Program-made: the position numbers and the translations under genes
Shown here: one piece after another, positions 1-10,274 of the stretch
Numbering within the stretch: position 1 is the stretch's first letter
How the letters are laid out: every line of letters starts with the position of its first letter
Notes under the pieces: generated by a model
What the model was told of the DNA's origin: nothing
What the model saw: the letters and a program-made list of their open reading frames with translations, nothing else
The model's database searches: none
Assembly (NCBI GenBank): GCA_965219535.1
Contig: CBDCNV010000002.1
Location: 1,080,001 to 1,112,000, forward strand
Reading direction: 5' to 3'
Source: Opitutales bacterium
GTDB taxonomy: Bacteria; Verrucomicrobiota; Verrucomicrobiia; Opitutales; PNEW01
DNA length: 32,000 nucleotides

Positions 1-731
1 TAGTAGGATTGCTCGACTATTTCACCTGTACGCGGGTTTTCACTTTCCTCAATCATGAGGACATAGCCGGGCGGTGTCAGACCGGTCTGAGTCGTGCGCG
101 GATCTGCGGTGCGATGTACAAGGCTAAACTCAAGCAGTGCCGGAGCTTGGAGTGAATCAACAGCATCGGGGTTATCGCGCGTGGAAAGTCCGGGCATTTG
201 AACCTCGATTGCATTTTCTCCGCGTATACGAATCACGGGTTCAGCTACTCCCAGGCCATCAACTCGACGTGCGATTATACTTTTTGCCTGTGACAGCTGC
301 TCGGTGCGCTCCCAATCTTCTTCCGATAGATCCTCTTCTTTTACTTTAAAGGTGAAAGCCACGCCACCTTTTAAATCGAGGCCTAATTTTACTTTCCCAT
401 GAGATTCGCTTAAAAGATAACGCATGAGCGTATTATTGCGCTTCTTTATATTCTTTATATCATGGGCGTCGATTTCAGGAAAATATTGCTGGAGGTCGAT
501 ATTTTCCTCATCGACGATTCTTTTAAGCGCGATAAAAGTCGTGGGGTCCTGTCCCGTATCGCTGCGTTCCTGGGCGCGTTGAACAAGAGCGCTGAGTTCC
601 GGTTCTTTGAATGTGGCTTTTCCCTGTATATAATCCTTAAAGGGGGTGTCTTCTACAGGGATTATATTAAGGATCGCCCAGGCCAGAACAAAGGCTGAGA
701 CTACACTTTTCCAAAGGATGCTACCTGTCAT
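1..731 (-). CDS. secD: Protein translocase subunit SecD (or fused SecDF), N-terminal part; 3' end runs off the window
   Basis: Absent from the ORF track because there is no stop inside the window. My translation from ATG (731..729) gives MTGSILWKSVVSAFVLAWAILNIIP (TM helix) ... RYLLSESHGKVKLGLDLKGGVAFTFKV. It contains the LGLDLKGGV box typical of SecD and is open to position 1. It lies directly downstream of yajC, as in yajC-secDF operons. Confidence 0.8.
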   Translation of the reverse strand, partial: MTGSILWKSVVSAFVLAWAILNIIPVEDTPFKDYIQGKATFKEPELSALVQRAQERSDTGQDPTTFIALKRIVDEENIDLQQYFPEIDAHDIKNIKKRNNTLMRYLLSESHGKVKLGLDLKGGVAFTFKVKEEDLSEEDWERTEQLSQAKSIIARRVDGLGVAEPVIRIRGENAIEVQMPGLSTRDNPDAVDSLQAPALLEFSLVHRTADPRTTQTGLTPPGYVLMIEESENPRTGEIVEQSY

Positions 732-764
732 GAGAGGATAAGCTAAATCTTAGGTAAGCAACGA

Positions 765-1106
765 TCAGGATTCTGATTTATCCGTTTTTTCCGTTTTGCT
801 TTGGACGAAACTTTTACTCAGTTCGATTTTAGTATTATCGGCTATTTTTAATACAAAACAATCGCTTTTAACATTTGTGATAATACCGATGATTCCACCA
901 TTTGTGATAATCTCATCTCCCGTACCTAATGAACGTATCATCTTATCGTGTTGCTTTTGTTTCTTACGCTGAGGGGCGATGATAAGAAACCACATTCCCG
1001 CAAAAAGGAGGCCAAAAATTAATATCTGAAAAGTAGGATCCGGCCCACCTTGTTGTGCTTGGACAATGGGGGCGAATAAGAGTTTAAATATTAGTATCTG
1101 ATGCAT
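765..1106 (-). CDS. yajC: Preprotein translocase subunit YajC
   Basis: 113 aa with a single TM segment followed by APQRKKQKQHDKMIRSLGTGDEIITNGGIIGIITNV, the characteristic YajC core. Located upstream of secD. Confidence 0.85.
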   Translation of the reverse strand: MHQILIFKLLFAPIVQAQQGGPDPTFQILIFGLLFAGMWFLIIAPQRKKQKQHDKMIRSLGTGDEIITNGGIIGIITNVKSDCFVLKIADNTKIELSKSFVQSKTEKTDKSES

Positions 1107-1211
1107 AATGAAATTGGGTTTCTAAAAATGCTCAATCAAGTTTACTGTCATCCAAAAGGCAAGTCATTTCATTTTACATTTCACCCCTGCAGATGTTTTT
1201 GCGATCAATTA

Positions 1212-2489
1212 TTAAGCGGGAACTTTGTTCGCAACTTTTTTAAATGCATTATCAGCGATATTAATCGCTTCATCGATATCTGATTCCTGATGGGCAGCGT
1301 TAATGAACCAGTTGTGGTGGGGATGAAAAAAAACACCGTTTTCCATGCAGTAACGACAAAATGCCTGCATCCGCATTAAATTTGTTTCTTCAGCAAAACT
1401 CATGTAGGGAAGCGCAGGTGGTCCGGAACAAGTGACTCGTAACCCGTATTTCGCCGCGGCATTTTCCAGGCCCCGGGTGAGACGTTTACCCATTGCTTGC
1501 AAGTGTTCAACAACGTTGTCCCGCTTGAGTATATGAAGGCAGGTAAGAGCTGCGGCCATTGGCATGGCACTAAACCAATAGCTACCGGTCATGAAAACTT
1601 TACTTGCGGCCTGCTTGAATTCATCCCGTCCCACGGCGGCAGATAAGGGATAACCGTTGGCGATCGCCTTACAAAAACAGGAAATATCGGGGGTAAAATT
1701 AAACGCCTGGTGCGAACCTCCGTGGTGGAGTCGAAATCCGGCTCTGATATCATCGAGAATAAAGACGATGCCTTTATTTTTACAGACGTTTTCGATCTCC
1801 TGCAAAAACCCTTCCGCCGGTAAAACGGAATCTGCCCCTCCCGGGTGGTGATAAGGGGTAGTAATGATCGCAGCAATCTGCCCCTTGTGTTGATTAACCA
1901 ACGTGTGGACGCTATGAATATCATTCCATAAAAAAGTATGACTATGAACGTTGTCTTCTGGGATGGACCCATTGGGACCGCGAGTGGGACACCAGTAACC
2001 ACTCCCGTGGTAAGCGCCATCAATATAGAGTACTTTTTTGCGGCCGGTATATTCTCTAGCAATTTTAATCGCCCAGTTGACCATGTCTGATCCGTTTTTC
2101 CCAAAGATTGCCCAATCGGCAAAGTCTACAGCTCCGACAAGATATTCGGCTAGTTCGACAAATCGTTCGGACGGATGATTGAAACAATCCCCGGCATTTC
2201 TTTGTTCGTCGGCCGCTGCATTGACCTCCTTGTTATTGTGACCTAATACGATCGGTCCATAACTACACAAGAAATCGATGTATTCGCGTCCATCAACATC
2301 CCAGTATCTGCAACCTTCGGCGCTTTTCGCAAAGTAGGGAGCGATTCCAGGTATCGTGTTGGCTGGACTGTTATGACCGTATATTCCTCCAGGAATTACT
2401 TGAACCGCACGTTCAAAAAGATCCTGTGTCTTCTTGGGTAATTGTGGCCTATGGTCTTCCATTTTCAAGGTAGAAGGAAATGCGTTCAC
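1212..2489 (-). CDS. Class-III PLP-dependent aminotransferase (glutamate-1-semialdehyde aminomutase-like)
   Basis: 425 aa with GSA-aminomutase-like blocks (VIPGG, YIDFLCSYGPIVLGH, FILDDIRAGFR, and a putative PLP lysine in CFCKAIANGYPLSA). The start may instead be the ATG at 2462 (MEDHRPQ), which overlaps the upstream stop by 14 nt. Confidence 0.8.
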   Translation of the reverse strand: MNAFPSTLKMEDHRPQLPKKTQDLFERAVQVIPGGIYGHNSPANTIPGIAPYFAKSAEGCRYWDVDGREYIDFLCSYGPIVLGHNNKEVNAAADEQRNAGDCFNHPSERFVELAEYLVGAVDFADWAIFGKNGSDMVNWAIKIAREYTGRKKVLYIDGAYHGSGYWCPTRGPNGSIPEDNVHSHTFLWNDIHSVHTLVNQHKGQIAAIITTPYHHPGGADSVLPAEGFLQEIENVCKNKGIVFILDDIRAGFRLHHGGSHQAFNFTPDISCFCKAIANGYPLSAAVGRDEFKQAASKVFMTGSYWFSAMPMAAALTCLHILKRDNVVEHLQAMGKRLTRGLENAAAKYGLRVTCSGPPALPYMSFAEETNLMRMQAFCRYCMENGVFFHPHHNWFINAAHQESDIDEAINIADNAFKKVANKVPA

Positions 2490-3237
2490 TTATCCAACCC
2501 AGCTTTTCAGCAAAAGCTGTATCTCCTTCAATGCGTAATCGACCCAAACCAATCTCTGCCATGTTGATGATTTTGTTATGAAACGCAGCTAACGCAATAG
2601 CAGAATCCTCAAATACAATGCGGACATCAGGCGGGTAGGGGGAATCACCCTTTCCGTAATTGACCTTACCCTCTCTCCATTGAATCCAACCGGATATATC
2701 ATCGTCACTTATGGTAAAAAAAGCTAAACCATCAGGCGTGGATTTCAAAAGGTCACGCGAGAATGGCTCGTTCTCACTCAGTTCCTTTATCGCTGCTAAC
2801 ATTAATCCTAATAATATTTTTAAATGTTTTGATCGAAAAGTAGTCTCCTCCAAACTGTTAGCATCGGGCTGAAGGTATTTATTTAAAAGTGTGCTTAAAC
2901 GCTTAAAGACGATCAGTTGTTTTAACTTGAAAAATCCACTCGTTAACAAAGGCAAAGTAAAACCGCTTTGAGTAAACGTTCGATTGAGATGACGTTCAGA
3001 TAAATACAGTATTTTTATTGCACCCGGTGCATCCTTTGCCCCGACAAATTCACATTTGCCGTCTTGGAATTTTACCGCAGATTTCAATTTTGAGCAGGTA
3101 GTAAAAGCAATGGAAAAACTCTCTTCACTAAGAATTTGCTTAGCTTCCGGAACGACCGCTACTAAATCTTCCAGCGCGAAAAGAACGGCGTTAAGATGTA
3201 AACGACAAAGAATGTTATCCTTTGAAGGAGTATCCAT
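2449..3237 (-). CDS. Hypothetical protein with SCP2 sterol/lipid-binding-like C-terminal half
   Basis: 262 aa. The C-terminal PDVRIVFEDSAIALAAFHNKIINMAEIGLGRLRIEGDTAFAEKLGWI follows the SCP2-domain pattern. It is tightly packed between the glycosyltransferase and the aminotransferase. Domain call is by eye only. Confidence 0.45.
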   Translation of the reverse strand: MDTPSKDNILCRLHLNAVLFALEDLVAVVPEAKQILSEESFSIAFTTCSKLKSAVKFQDGKCEFVGAKDAPGAIKILYLSERHLNRTFTQSGFTLPLLTSGFFKLKQLIVFKRLSTLLNKYLQPDANSLEETTFRSKHLKILLGLMLAAIKELSENEPFSRDLLKSTPDGLAFFTISDDDISGWIQWREGKVNYGKGDSPYPPDVRIVFEDSAIALAAFHNKIINMAEIGLGRLRIEGDTAFAEKLGWISERISFYLENGRP

Positions 3238-3245
3238 ATCGTAAA

Positions 3246-4394
3246 TTAAGCGACTATGCTATGTAACTTTTTTAGAATGTCCAGAGGATGCTGCTGAGGT
3301 TGTAAAGCTCGCATTATTTCTTTTTCCTTCTCGATTGCACGAGGATCGTTCGTCCATTCCTTTGATATCACGGGTAGCTGTTTAGCTCTATTAATTATTT
3401 TTCCGAAACCGTGTTTCTGGCAATATTTCAAGGTAATATTTTCCTGAGGCATGACCCCACCCAGGGTATTAAATATCAAGGGACAAGCGCTGATTATGGC
3501 CTCACTCGTCGTCCCAGTTCCAGGACGGGCTACTATTGTTGATGCGCATTGTAAAAGCGTGTTCATCTTATCGTAATATTTCATGGGTATAATTTGCCAA
3601 TTGGTAAATTGCTTTTCCCAGGAAGTAATCATACGGTGCGTACTTTTATTAAAACCACAAAGGGCTACAATTCCAGGTCTAAGTGATTGATTTTTATACG
3701 CATTTAAAAATTGCATATGATTATTGGCACTGTTGGCTCCGGTTGAGAGAATGAGATTTATCTTATGGGGATCCATTCCGAGCTTGTTTTGGATAAAATT
3801 TTCTTTCTCTTTGTCGTTTAAAGGTGGGTTGTAAAAATCAGGTTTGAGAAGGAACCCGCCACACCAGATTTTACTTTCTGCTATGCCGAGTCGCGCAGCT
3901 GCTTCACAGGTTTCTGGAACAGCGCCAATAAAAAGATCACATTCCGGATTTACCCAATGCTTACTGAACCCATAGCCGCCGCTGAGTTCACCGCAGTATG
4001 TCACGCAAGCTAATCGTGATCTAATTTCTTCGCGGGCGAGGGAAAAAAATCCGTGGTTGAGATGGGCATGGGTGCTTAAAATAATCTGTGGCTGGTAAGA
4101 TTTAATGAGTTTTTTAAAATTATTTTTCCCCAGTATTCTCCTCTTACCCCGATGCATAGAAGCAAGCTCCAGAGAGTTAAAATAGAGGTGATGCAAGCGA
4201 GGTGATCTTTTCTGAATAAAATTATAGAGCTTAACCCCAAAAGCGTAAAGCGGGTGGGTTGATTCAAGCGTTGAGTGAATGGACGCCTCAAAATTATATT
4301 TTTTTCCTTCCTCAGTTTGCATCCAGGCTTTCAAAGCCTGGGCACGCATATCATGGCCGCCGCCGGTACTCGATGTAATAATAAGAACGCGCAT
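3246..4394 (-). CDS. GT-B glycosyltransferase, MGDG-synthase/UgtP-like (diacylglycerol glycosyltransferase family)
   Basis: 382 aa. N-terminus MRVLIITSSTGGGHDMRAQAL is typical of the MGDG-synthase N-domain family; the C-terminal ARPGTGTTSEAI is a GT-B nucleotide-sugar loop. Confidence 0.75.
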   Translation of the reverse strand: MRVLIITSSTGGGHDMRAQALKAWMQTEEGKKYNFEASIHSTLESTHPLYAFGVKLYNFIQKRSPRLHHLYFNSLELASMHRGKRRILGKNNFKKLIKSYQPQIILSTHAHLNHGFFSLAREEIRSRLACVTYCGELSGGYGFSKHWVNPECDLFIGAVPETCEAAARLGIAESKIWCGGFLLKPDFYNPPLNDKEKENFIQNKLGMDPHKINLILSTGANSANNHMQFLNAYKNQSLRPGIVALCGFNKSTHRMITSWEKQFTNWQIIPMKYYDKMNTLLQCASTIVARPGTGTTSEAIISACPLIFNTLGGVMPQENITLKYCQKHGFGKIINRAKQLPVISKEWTNDPRAIEKEKEIMRALQPQQHPLDILKKLHSIVA

Positions 4395-4516
4395 TATCCT
4401 ATGGTGTGTTGAATAAGAATTCCCAATTCCACCTGATTTTCTGCTCTGTGCAAATCATTTAGTGTTGGTTTATTAATGTACTAACCGGAATATCTCAAAC
4501 GGCATCGGTCTGTTGT

Positions 4517-4545
4517 TTGACATCGCTACCTATTCCGACTATATA
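4517..4545 (+). promoter_or_regulatory. Sigma70-like promoter candidate (TTGACA-17 nt-TATATA) ending 8 nt before the ATG at 4554
   Basis: TTGACA at 4517..4522, a 17-nt spacer, then TATATA at 4540..4545. The spacing to the ATG implies a leaderless or near-leaderless mRNA. Confidence 0.3.
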
Positions 4546-4553
4546 AGTGTATA

Positions 4554-5483
4554 ATGTTAATCGCTACTGATAAGCGAGTTTACTTTCTCGCCTCCTCTCA
4601 AGGACGATCTTCACCAGAAATAGTATTGAAAGGAAATCGAATCCATTGTCTTCAAGAGGGGAAAAAATTAGCGATTATAGTTTATGATCGGGGTATGCTT
4701 GCGTTGCTCGCGGATGGTGAAAGACGTATTTTTGATTCCGGTATCGAGGAACCAATAGAATGTCTGGCTTTACTCGAAGAAGATCCTCTGGTCTTACTGA
4801 TAGGAACTGAAGCACCCCACCTCTATCAACTTACCGATGATGGAAAACCGGCAACGCGCATAAATTCTTTTGATCAACTGGAAGTTCACGACCTGTGGTA
4901 TACACCATGGGGAGGACCTGCCGCGGTTCGCAGCCTTGCTCACCAGGGGGATTGGATCTATGCCGATATTCATGTTGGCAGTATTATGCGCTCTCCGGAT
5001 CGCGGTGTCTCGTGGGAACCCGTAGAATCAAGTATACATGAAGACGTACATCAGGTTGTAACTACGCCCTCCGCCGAGTCACGTGTTTATGCTAACACGG
5101 CTAATGCTGTATATATCAGTGAAGACTCAGGGCAATCATGGGAACACCGTGCCAAGGGTCTGAGCACGAGTTACGGTCGTGCCATTGCGGTAGATCCACA
5201 AGACCCGGGCTGTCTCCTCGCATCTGTTAGTCGAGGTCCGGGCAACAATGTTGATGGTCAACTCTTTCGTTCAGATAATGTCGGACTCAGCTGGAACCCT
5301 GTCACCTCAGGATTTCCAGCATCGACGCGAAATAACATTGATACATTTCAGATCATCTTTTCATCTGACGGGTCTGCATGGGCCGCTGTAGATGAAACCC
5401 TTTATAAGAGTGATGATCGGGGAAATAATTGGGAGATCGCCTGGAAAACGTCAGATGAAATTACTATGCTATCCAGCGCGTGA
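4554..5483 (+). CDS. BNR/Asp-box repeat beta-propeller protein (sialidase/Ycf48-like fold)
   Basis: 309 aa with four S-x-D-x-G-x-x-W Asp-box motifs (SPDRGVSWE, SEDSGQSWE, SDNVGLSWN, SDDRGNNWE). No obvious signal peptide. Confidence 0.6.
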   Translation: MLIATDKRVYFLASSQGRSSPEIVLKGNRIHCLQEGKKLAIIVYDRGMLALLADGERRIFDSGIEEPIECLALLEEDPLVLLIGTEAPHLYQLTDDGKPATRINSFDQLEVHDLWYTPWGGPAAVRSLAHQGDWIYADIHVGSIMRSPDRGVSWEPVESSIHEDVHQVVTTPSAESRVYANTANAVYISEDSGQSWEHRAKGLSTSYGRAIAVDPQDPGCLLASVSRGPGNNVDGQLFRSDNVGLSWNPVTSGFPASTRNNIDTFQIIFSSDGSAWAAVDETLYKSDDRGNNWEIAWKTSDEITMLSSA

Positions 5484-5908
5484 TCACAACTTACCCTCTC
5501 AGAAAAACTTAATTTCATTTTTCCTCTCCCAGCGAAACGATCCTGGTAGGATGTGGCATTGCGTTGTTGAAGTTTGAGTTTCGTCTATGTAGTTCCTTCA
5601 TTAGGGGTAGCCAAGAAGATTACATGTTTGACTAATATCGTACTAGTATCGGTAGTGAAAGGAGAAACCGTGAGCTATAACCATTGATTGTAGACCGTTT
5701 TTACGTACCAGTTTTAGTGAGGGAGTTTGCAGGTGAATGGATAGTGATTAATAATGTTAATTTAACAAAAAATATTTTATACTCTAATCCTATCAATCAT
5801 AGTTAAGGCTTTTGATTATGAAATTTATAATTCAATACACGAATTAACACGAAAAAATTTCATGCTGATTAGCCTCAACTTCTCTAATCTTCTTTCCCAT
5901 CAGTAACG

Positions 5909-7108
5909 ATGGGAGGTGGAAAAGTTATACGTAAAATTCTGAACCATCCGTTGGTTTTGCCCGTTTACCTGCCTTCTTTTTTGGGTTCAATGTGTGGTGG
6001 CCTGCTCGTTCCGGTCCTCCCTCTTTTTATCATAAGCTTTAATGTATCCTATGGTATGGTCGGATTAGTTCTCGCTAGTCATGGCATAGGTATGATGGTG
6101 AGTGATGTCCCCGCGGGGTTGATTTTGCGACGTTTAGGAGAGAAACAATCAATGTTGCTGGGGGTGGCTTTAACTACCCTCTCAACCCTCGCTCTATATT
6201 GGGCACAGAACATCCCTCAGATACTTGTACTAAGATTGATATCTGGATTTGGTATAGCCATTTTTGGTATTTCTCGGCATACTTATATCACCGATGTAAT
6301 CGCCCTCACCAACCGGGGGCGTGCTTATGCTCTCTTTGGAGGGTTAATGCGAGTGGGTAAATTTGCAGGTCCAGCAATTGGAGGCTTCGTCGCTGCTATT
6401 TTCGGACTTCGCACCGTGTTTCTTCTTTTCAGTGTGCTTTATGCATTAATATTTATCATTGTCGTTACCTTTTTAGCGAAAAGAGATTTGCCGACTTTCA
6501 AGTCTTCATCACAGCCAGGTAACCATCTATATTTAACGATTAAAAGGCAGTCCCGAGTCCTCTTAACTGCCGGGGTAGGGCAGATTTTTGGGCAAATGAT
6601 ACGTTCAGGGGTAACGGTAATTATTCCTCTATACGCTGCTGAAGTTCTCGGCCTTAAAGTAGAGGCGATTGGATTAATCGTCAGTATCGCCGCAGCTATT
6701 GACATGTCGCTATTCTACCCGGCTGGATTGCTTATGGACCGGCGCGGTCGCAAGTATGCGATCCTGCCTTGTTTCTTCATTCAGGCTGTCGGTTTGGCGT
6801 TAATACCCTTTACTTACAGTTTCACAAGTCTCTTGGCTATTGCTTCCTTGATCAGTTTTGGGAATGGTCTTGGCCCAGGGACAATGCTGACCCTGGGTTC
6901 TGATCTTGCTCCTGACGATTCCCGTGCTGAATTTCTCAGCCTCTGGCGATTTATTGGTGATCTTGGACATACCAGTGCCCCTCTGGTTGTGGGAGCGGTA
7001 GCTGCTATAGCAACGCTGCCGGTCGCAACTTGGGTGGTTTCTGCTACGGGACTATTCGCGGTAGTAGTGTTCGCCTTCCACGTCCCCGAAACCCTTAAAA
7101 AACATTAA
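5909..7108 (+). CDS. MFS transporter
   Basis: 399 aa, about 12 hydrophobic segments, and motif-A-like loops (GLILRRLGEKQ and GLLMDRRGRKYA). Confidence 0.8.
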   Translation: MGGGKVIRKILNHPLVLPVYLPSFLGSMCGGLLVPVLPLFIISFNVSYGMVGLVLASHGIGMMVSDVPAGLILRRLGEKQSMLLGVALTTLSTLALYWAQNIPQILVLRLISGFGIAIFGISRHTYITDVIALTNRGRAYALFGGLMRVGKFAGPAIGGFVAAIFGLRTVFLLFSVLYALIFIIVVTFLAKRDLPTFKSSSQPGNHLYLTIKRQSRVLLTAGVGQIFGQMIRSGVTVIIPLYAAEVLGLKVEAIGLIVSIAAAIDMSLFYPAGLLMDRRGRKYAILPCFFIQAVGLALIPFTYSFTSLLAIASLISFGNGLGPGTMLTLGSDLAPDDSRAEFLSLWRFIGDLGHTSAPLVVGAVAAIATLPVATWVVSATGLFAVVVFAFHVPETLKKH

Positions 7109-7154
7109 GCATGTTTCGAATTTATGAGTTCCAGATATAGGTTATATAACCCAA

Positions 7155-7532
7155 TCATATTATCGTTTCATAATCCGACGCGGAGAGCAGTGACTCAGTC
7201 TCGGCTTGATCTTGAATTTTAATTTTAAGTAACCAGCCGCTTTCATAAGGATCTTTATTGAGAATCTCGGGTGAATTTTCGAGCTCCGCATTAACTTCCA
7301 GAATTTCACCACTGACCGGCATATAGAGGTCAGATGCGGCTTTAATCGATTCGACTACCCCAAAGGCATCGCCTTTCGCTATACTATCACCGGGCGAGGG
7401 AAGCTCGACAAAGGTAATGTCACCGAGGCTCTCCTGAGCATAATCCGTGATGCCTATTATACCATCCTCATTTTCAATTTTCAGCCATTCGTGGTCATTA
7501 GTATATTTTAGCACTGTTGGTATCTTAGTCAT
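7155..7532 (-). CDS. gcvH: Glycine cleavage system protein H
   Basis: 125 aa with HEW, GITDYAQ and the lipoyl-lysine motif VESIKAASDLY. Immediately downstream of gcvT. Confidence 0.92.
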   Translation of the reverse strand: MTKIPTVLKYTNDHEWLKIENEDGIIGITDYAQESLGDITFVELPSPGDSIAKGDAFGVVESIKAASDLYMPVSGEILEVNAELENSPEILNKDPYESGWLLKIKIQDQAETESLLSASDYETII

Positions 7533-7557
7533 TGTATTTTAAAAGAGGTGAAAACAA

Positions 7558-8658
7558 TCAGTTTTTCGCTTGTTTATGCAAGGGTGGATTAACACGTTCA
7601 AGATTTATCTTATGACCGCGCAGGTCGACATAAAGTTTATCCGGATCGACGCCATCGATGGTTACCAGGGCGGAGCCAATGGGTTTGTTAATCATTGGCG
7701 ACAGTGTTCCGGAAACAACCGTGCCAATTGTCTGGTCTTCGAAAAGTACGGGTGTTCCCCCACGGGCGATTCGTCGATCGTTTAGTTGGAAGAAAATTAA
7801 TTGCCTGTCTGAACCCACAGCTTTTTCTTTTTCCAGTGCGCTGCGTCCGATGAAAGCATCGGGTTTTGAGAATTTAACCGTCCATCCAAGTCCGGCCTCG
7901 AGGGGAGAGATTTCTTCACTGATTTCGTGACCATAAAGGGCCAGTCCTGCTTCCAGACGTAAACTGTCCCTTGCTCCGAGCCCGCATAGTTTTAACCCAT
8001 AAGCATTCCCCACCTCGTGTAAAGCTCGTGCTACGGGTAGGGCGTTATTCGTTGGACAATATAATTCGAATCCATCTTCCCCTGTGTATCCGGTGCGACT
8101 TATCATCACTTCGACACCACCCACTTTATCGCGGGTAAAATGAAACCTTTTAAGACTTGTCAGGTTGGCACCTGTGATTGTGCCTAGTATCGCTTCGGCT
8201 CTGGGTCCCTGCAAAGCGAGTAGAGCGTATTGGGAGGTTTCATCCTTAACAGCACAGTTAAATCTCTTTGCCTGTTTAAGCATCCAATCTATATCTTTAT
8301 CCGTGTTACCAGCATTGATGCAGAGAAAAAAATCGTTTTCATAAAAACGGGTTATGATGACATCATCAACAACGCACCCGTTCTCGTAGCACAGCATACT
8401 GTAGAGAGATTTTCCGTCGCTAAGCTTTGTGATATCATTGGTCGCGATATAATTTAAATATTTTTCCGCATCCGACCCCACAACCCTCACTTCTCCCATA
8501 TGACTGACATCAAAGAGTCCGGCGGTTTTTCGCACTGCGCGATGCTCTTCGAGAATACTTGTATATTGGACTGGCATTTCCCATCCCGCAAACGGAACGA
8601 AACGCGCTCCGTTCTCCTCGTGAAACGCGTGAAGGGGAGATTGGTTTATATCGGGCAT
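7558..8658 (-). CDS. gcvT: Glycine cleavage system aminomethyltransferase T
   Basis: Contains [34 protein letters not shown] and [14 protein letters not shown]. The ORF track begins at a TTG at 8679; the ATG at 8658 (MPDINQSPL) gives the canonical N-terminal length. Confidence 0.92.
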   Translation of the reverse strand: MPDINQSPLHAFHEENGARFVPFAGWEMPVQYTSILEEHRAVRKTAGLFDVSHMGEVRVVGSDAEKYLNYIATNDITKLSDGKSLYSMLCYENGCVVDDVIITRFYENDFFLCINAGNTDKDIDWMLKQAKRFNCAVKDETSQYALLALQGPRAEAILGTITGANLTSLKRFHFTRDKVGGVEVMISRTGYTGEDGFELYCPTNNALPVARALHEVGNAYGLKLCGLGARDSLRLEAGLALYGHEISEEISPLEAGLGWTVKFSKPDAFIGRSALEKEKAVGSDRQLIFFQLNDRRIARGGTPVLFEDQTIGTVVSGTLSPMINKPIGSALVTIDGVDPDKLYVDLRGHKINLERVNPPLHKQAKN

Positions 8659-9137
8659 GTTATCTTCTACGGGATCCAATGTTGCACAGAAGGAGTGGGC
8701 ATTTTTTAAATTGGCTTGCTATTATGAGGTCAAGAAATAAGAAAGCAGGGATGAATTATTATTGATCCAGGCTATCGATCAAAAGTAATTCTTGAAATTA
8801 CTAAAGTTTAATGCATATTTTATAGATACAGGATAGCCGATTTGATGAAAGATAAATGCTACGGACATAGTCGTGATGACTTGATCTGGTTATTGCAAAG
8901 CTCCTCTCGGAGTCATAGAGGCTCCTTTATTTTTCCACTGAGAGGGATTGCTATCGTATAAGCCTAATAACACCCCGGGGGCGTTTATATTGCCATGCGG
9001 CATTCATAAATATAAACATCGCCCTGGGTGAAGTTATCCATGCAATATTTAACTCTAAACCCTGCCCGATCAGAGATACCCCATCGCCGGCGATGCGGTC
9101 GATTAAATGGCTATGTCTCCCCGATTGCACCGACTGA

Positions 9138-10253
9138 TTGGTGCAACTTAATATGACCTCATTGATTCTTGCCATAGTTTTTACTCTAGTCGTTTCCGCG
9201 TTCTGTTCATTGTTGGAAGCTTTTATCCTCAGCACGACAACCGCGGAAATTGAAGATCTCAAGCGCAACTCATTGAAGCAAGGGCAACTCATTGAAAAAT
9301 TTAAGAATGATATCGAGGAGACATCTTCGGCCATTCTCACCCTCAACACGATTGCTCATACCTTGGGCGCCACTCTCGTCGGTGTGCTCGCGGGCCGGTT
9401 GTTTGATAAGGTCTGGGTCGGAATTATTTCAGCTGGATTCATCCTCGCGATTCTCATTTTTTCCGAAGTTATCCCTAAGAACCTGGGAGTCATTTACCGT
9501 AAACGGCTGCTCAAACATCTCGTTTTCCCCCTGCATTATGTGCGTTTGATCATGATTCCCTTCTCATTCTTATGTAAGCTGTTCGTTCGTCTGATTATTC
9601 GTAAAAAGCCAATCATAAGCACGGCGGAGCAGGAGCGTGAAATAATCCTTCTCGCTGAAAAAAGCGCTAAAGATGGTTCTCTCACCCATAACGAGCGCGA
9701 TATGATTCACAATGCCCTTAGTCTTGATGACATCCTAATCAGTGACATCATGACACCGCGCACCGTCGTCACAGCAATGGAGCAGAATCTCACGATCGAT
9801 GATGTCTTCAGGGATTTTAAAAATATACCCTTTGCGCGCATTCCGGTTTACGATGAGACGATCGACAATATCGTAGGCATTGTCCGCAGGCGAGACCTCC
9901 TCCAGGCGCGAGCGGATGATAACGATAGTGTCACGGTTGCTGAACTAAAAGGGGAAAGCATCTTCGTCCCTGACACTGCGAACGCGGCGGATGCCCTACA
10001 GTTATTTCTTAAAAATCACCAGCAGTTAGGTGTAGTCGTCGATGAGTTTGGCTCAACCGCGGGGGTGGTTGCGATGGAAGATATTGTCGAGCACATTCTT
10101 GGACGCGAGATTTATGAAGAATCTGATATCGCTGTCGATATGCGCGTTTTGGCGCGGAGAAAAGCAAGGAGTAATAATCTTAATTCTCCCGAAGGTAAAT
10201 CAAGCCCTGCAGGCAATCCTCAATCTGCCGCTGCGCGTCGTTCTGCGACGTAA
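9138..10253 (+). CDS. CNNM/DUF21 transmembrane domain plus tandem CBS protein (hemolysin/CorB family, putative Mg2+/Co2+ efflux)
   Basis: 371 aa. N-terminal DUF21-type TM region (LILAIVFTLVVSAFCSLLEAFILS) followed by a CBS pair (IMTPRTVV, ARIPVYDETIDNIVGIV, LGVVVDEFGSTAGVVAMEDIVEHILG). Track start is a TTG at 9138; the ATG at 9153 is the more likely start. Confidence 0.8.
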   Translation: MVQLNMTSLILAIVFTLVVSAFCSLLEAFILSTTTAEIEDLKRNSLKQGQLIEKFKNDIEETSSAILTLNTIAHTLGATLVGVLAGRLFDKVWVGIISAGFILAILIFSEVIPKNLGVIYRKRLLKHLVFPLHYVRLIMIPFSFLCKLFVRLIIRKKPIISTAEQEREIILLAEKSAKDGSLTHNERDMIHNALSLDDILISDIMTPRTVVTAMEQNLTIDDVFRDFKNIPFARIPVYDETIDNIVGIVRRRDLLQARADDNDSVTVAELKGESIFVPDTANAADALQLFLKNHQQLGVVVDEFGSTAGVVAMEDIVEHILGREIYEESDIAVDMRVLARRKARSNNLNSPEGKSSPAGNPQSAAARRSAT

Positions 10254-10274
10254 TTTTGTACTGTTTATTTTAGG

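Noticed and set aside
137-698. Plus-strand ORFs 137..349 and 462..698.
   Set aside because: They overlap the much better supported minus-strand secD reading frame (LGLDLKGGV motif, open over the whole 731 nt).
1589-2122. The 177-aa minus-strand ORF and the 64-aa plus-strand ORF (1657..1851) inside the aminotransferase gene.
   Set aside because: They are alternate frames of a gene with clear class-III aminotransferase motifs and have no motifs of their own.
8659-9137. Glycine riboswitch in the long (about 480 nt) region upstream of gcvT-gcvH.
   Set aside because: A glycine riboswitch is expected here from established knowledge. On the gcvT strand I see only loose fragments: GGGGAGAC...CGCCGGCGATGGGG...CTCTGATCGGGCAGG at about 9063..9125, and CTCTCAGTGGAAAAATAAAGGAG at about 8915..8945. 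I cannot build the conserved GGAGAG / CACCGAAGGGGCAA / CUCAGGCAAAAGGAC architecture or its helices. The question is left open; cmsearch with RF00504 would decide it.
8951-9349. The 132-aa minus-strand ORF overlapping the start of the CNNM/CBS gene.
   Set aside because: It overlaps the well-supported plus-strand gene and an intergenic region, and its translation has no recognisable features.
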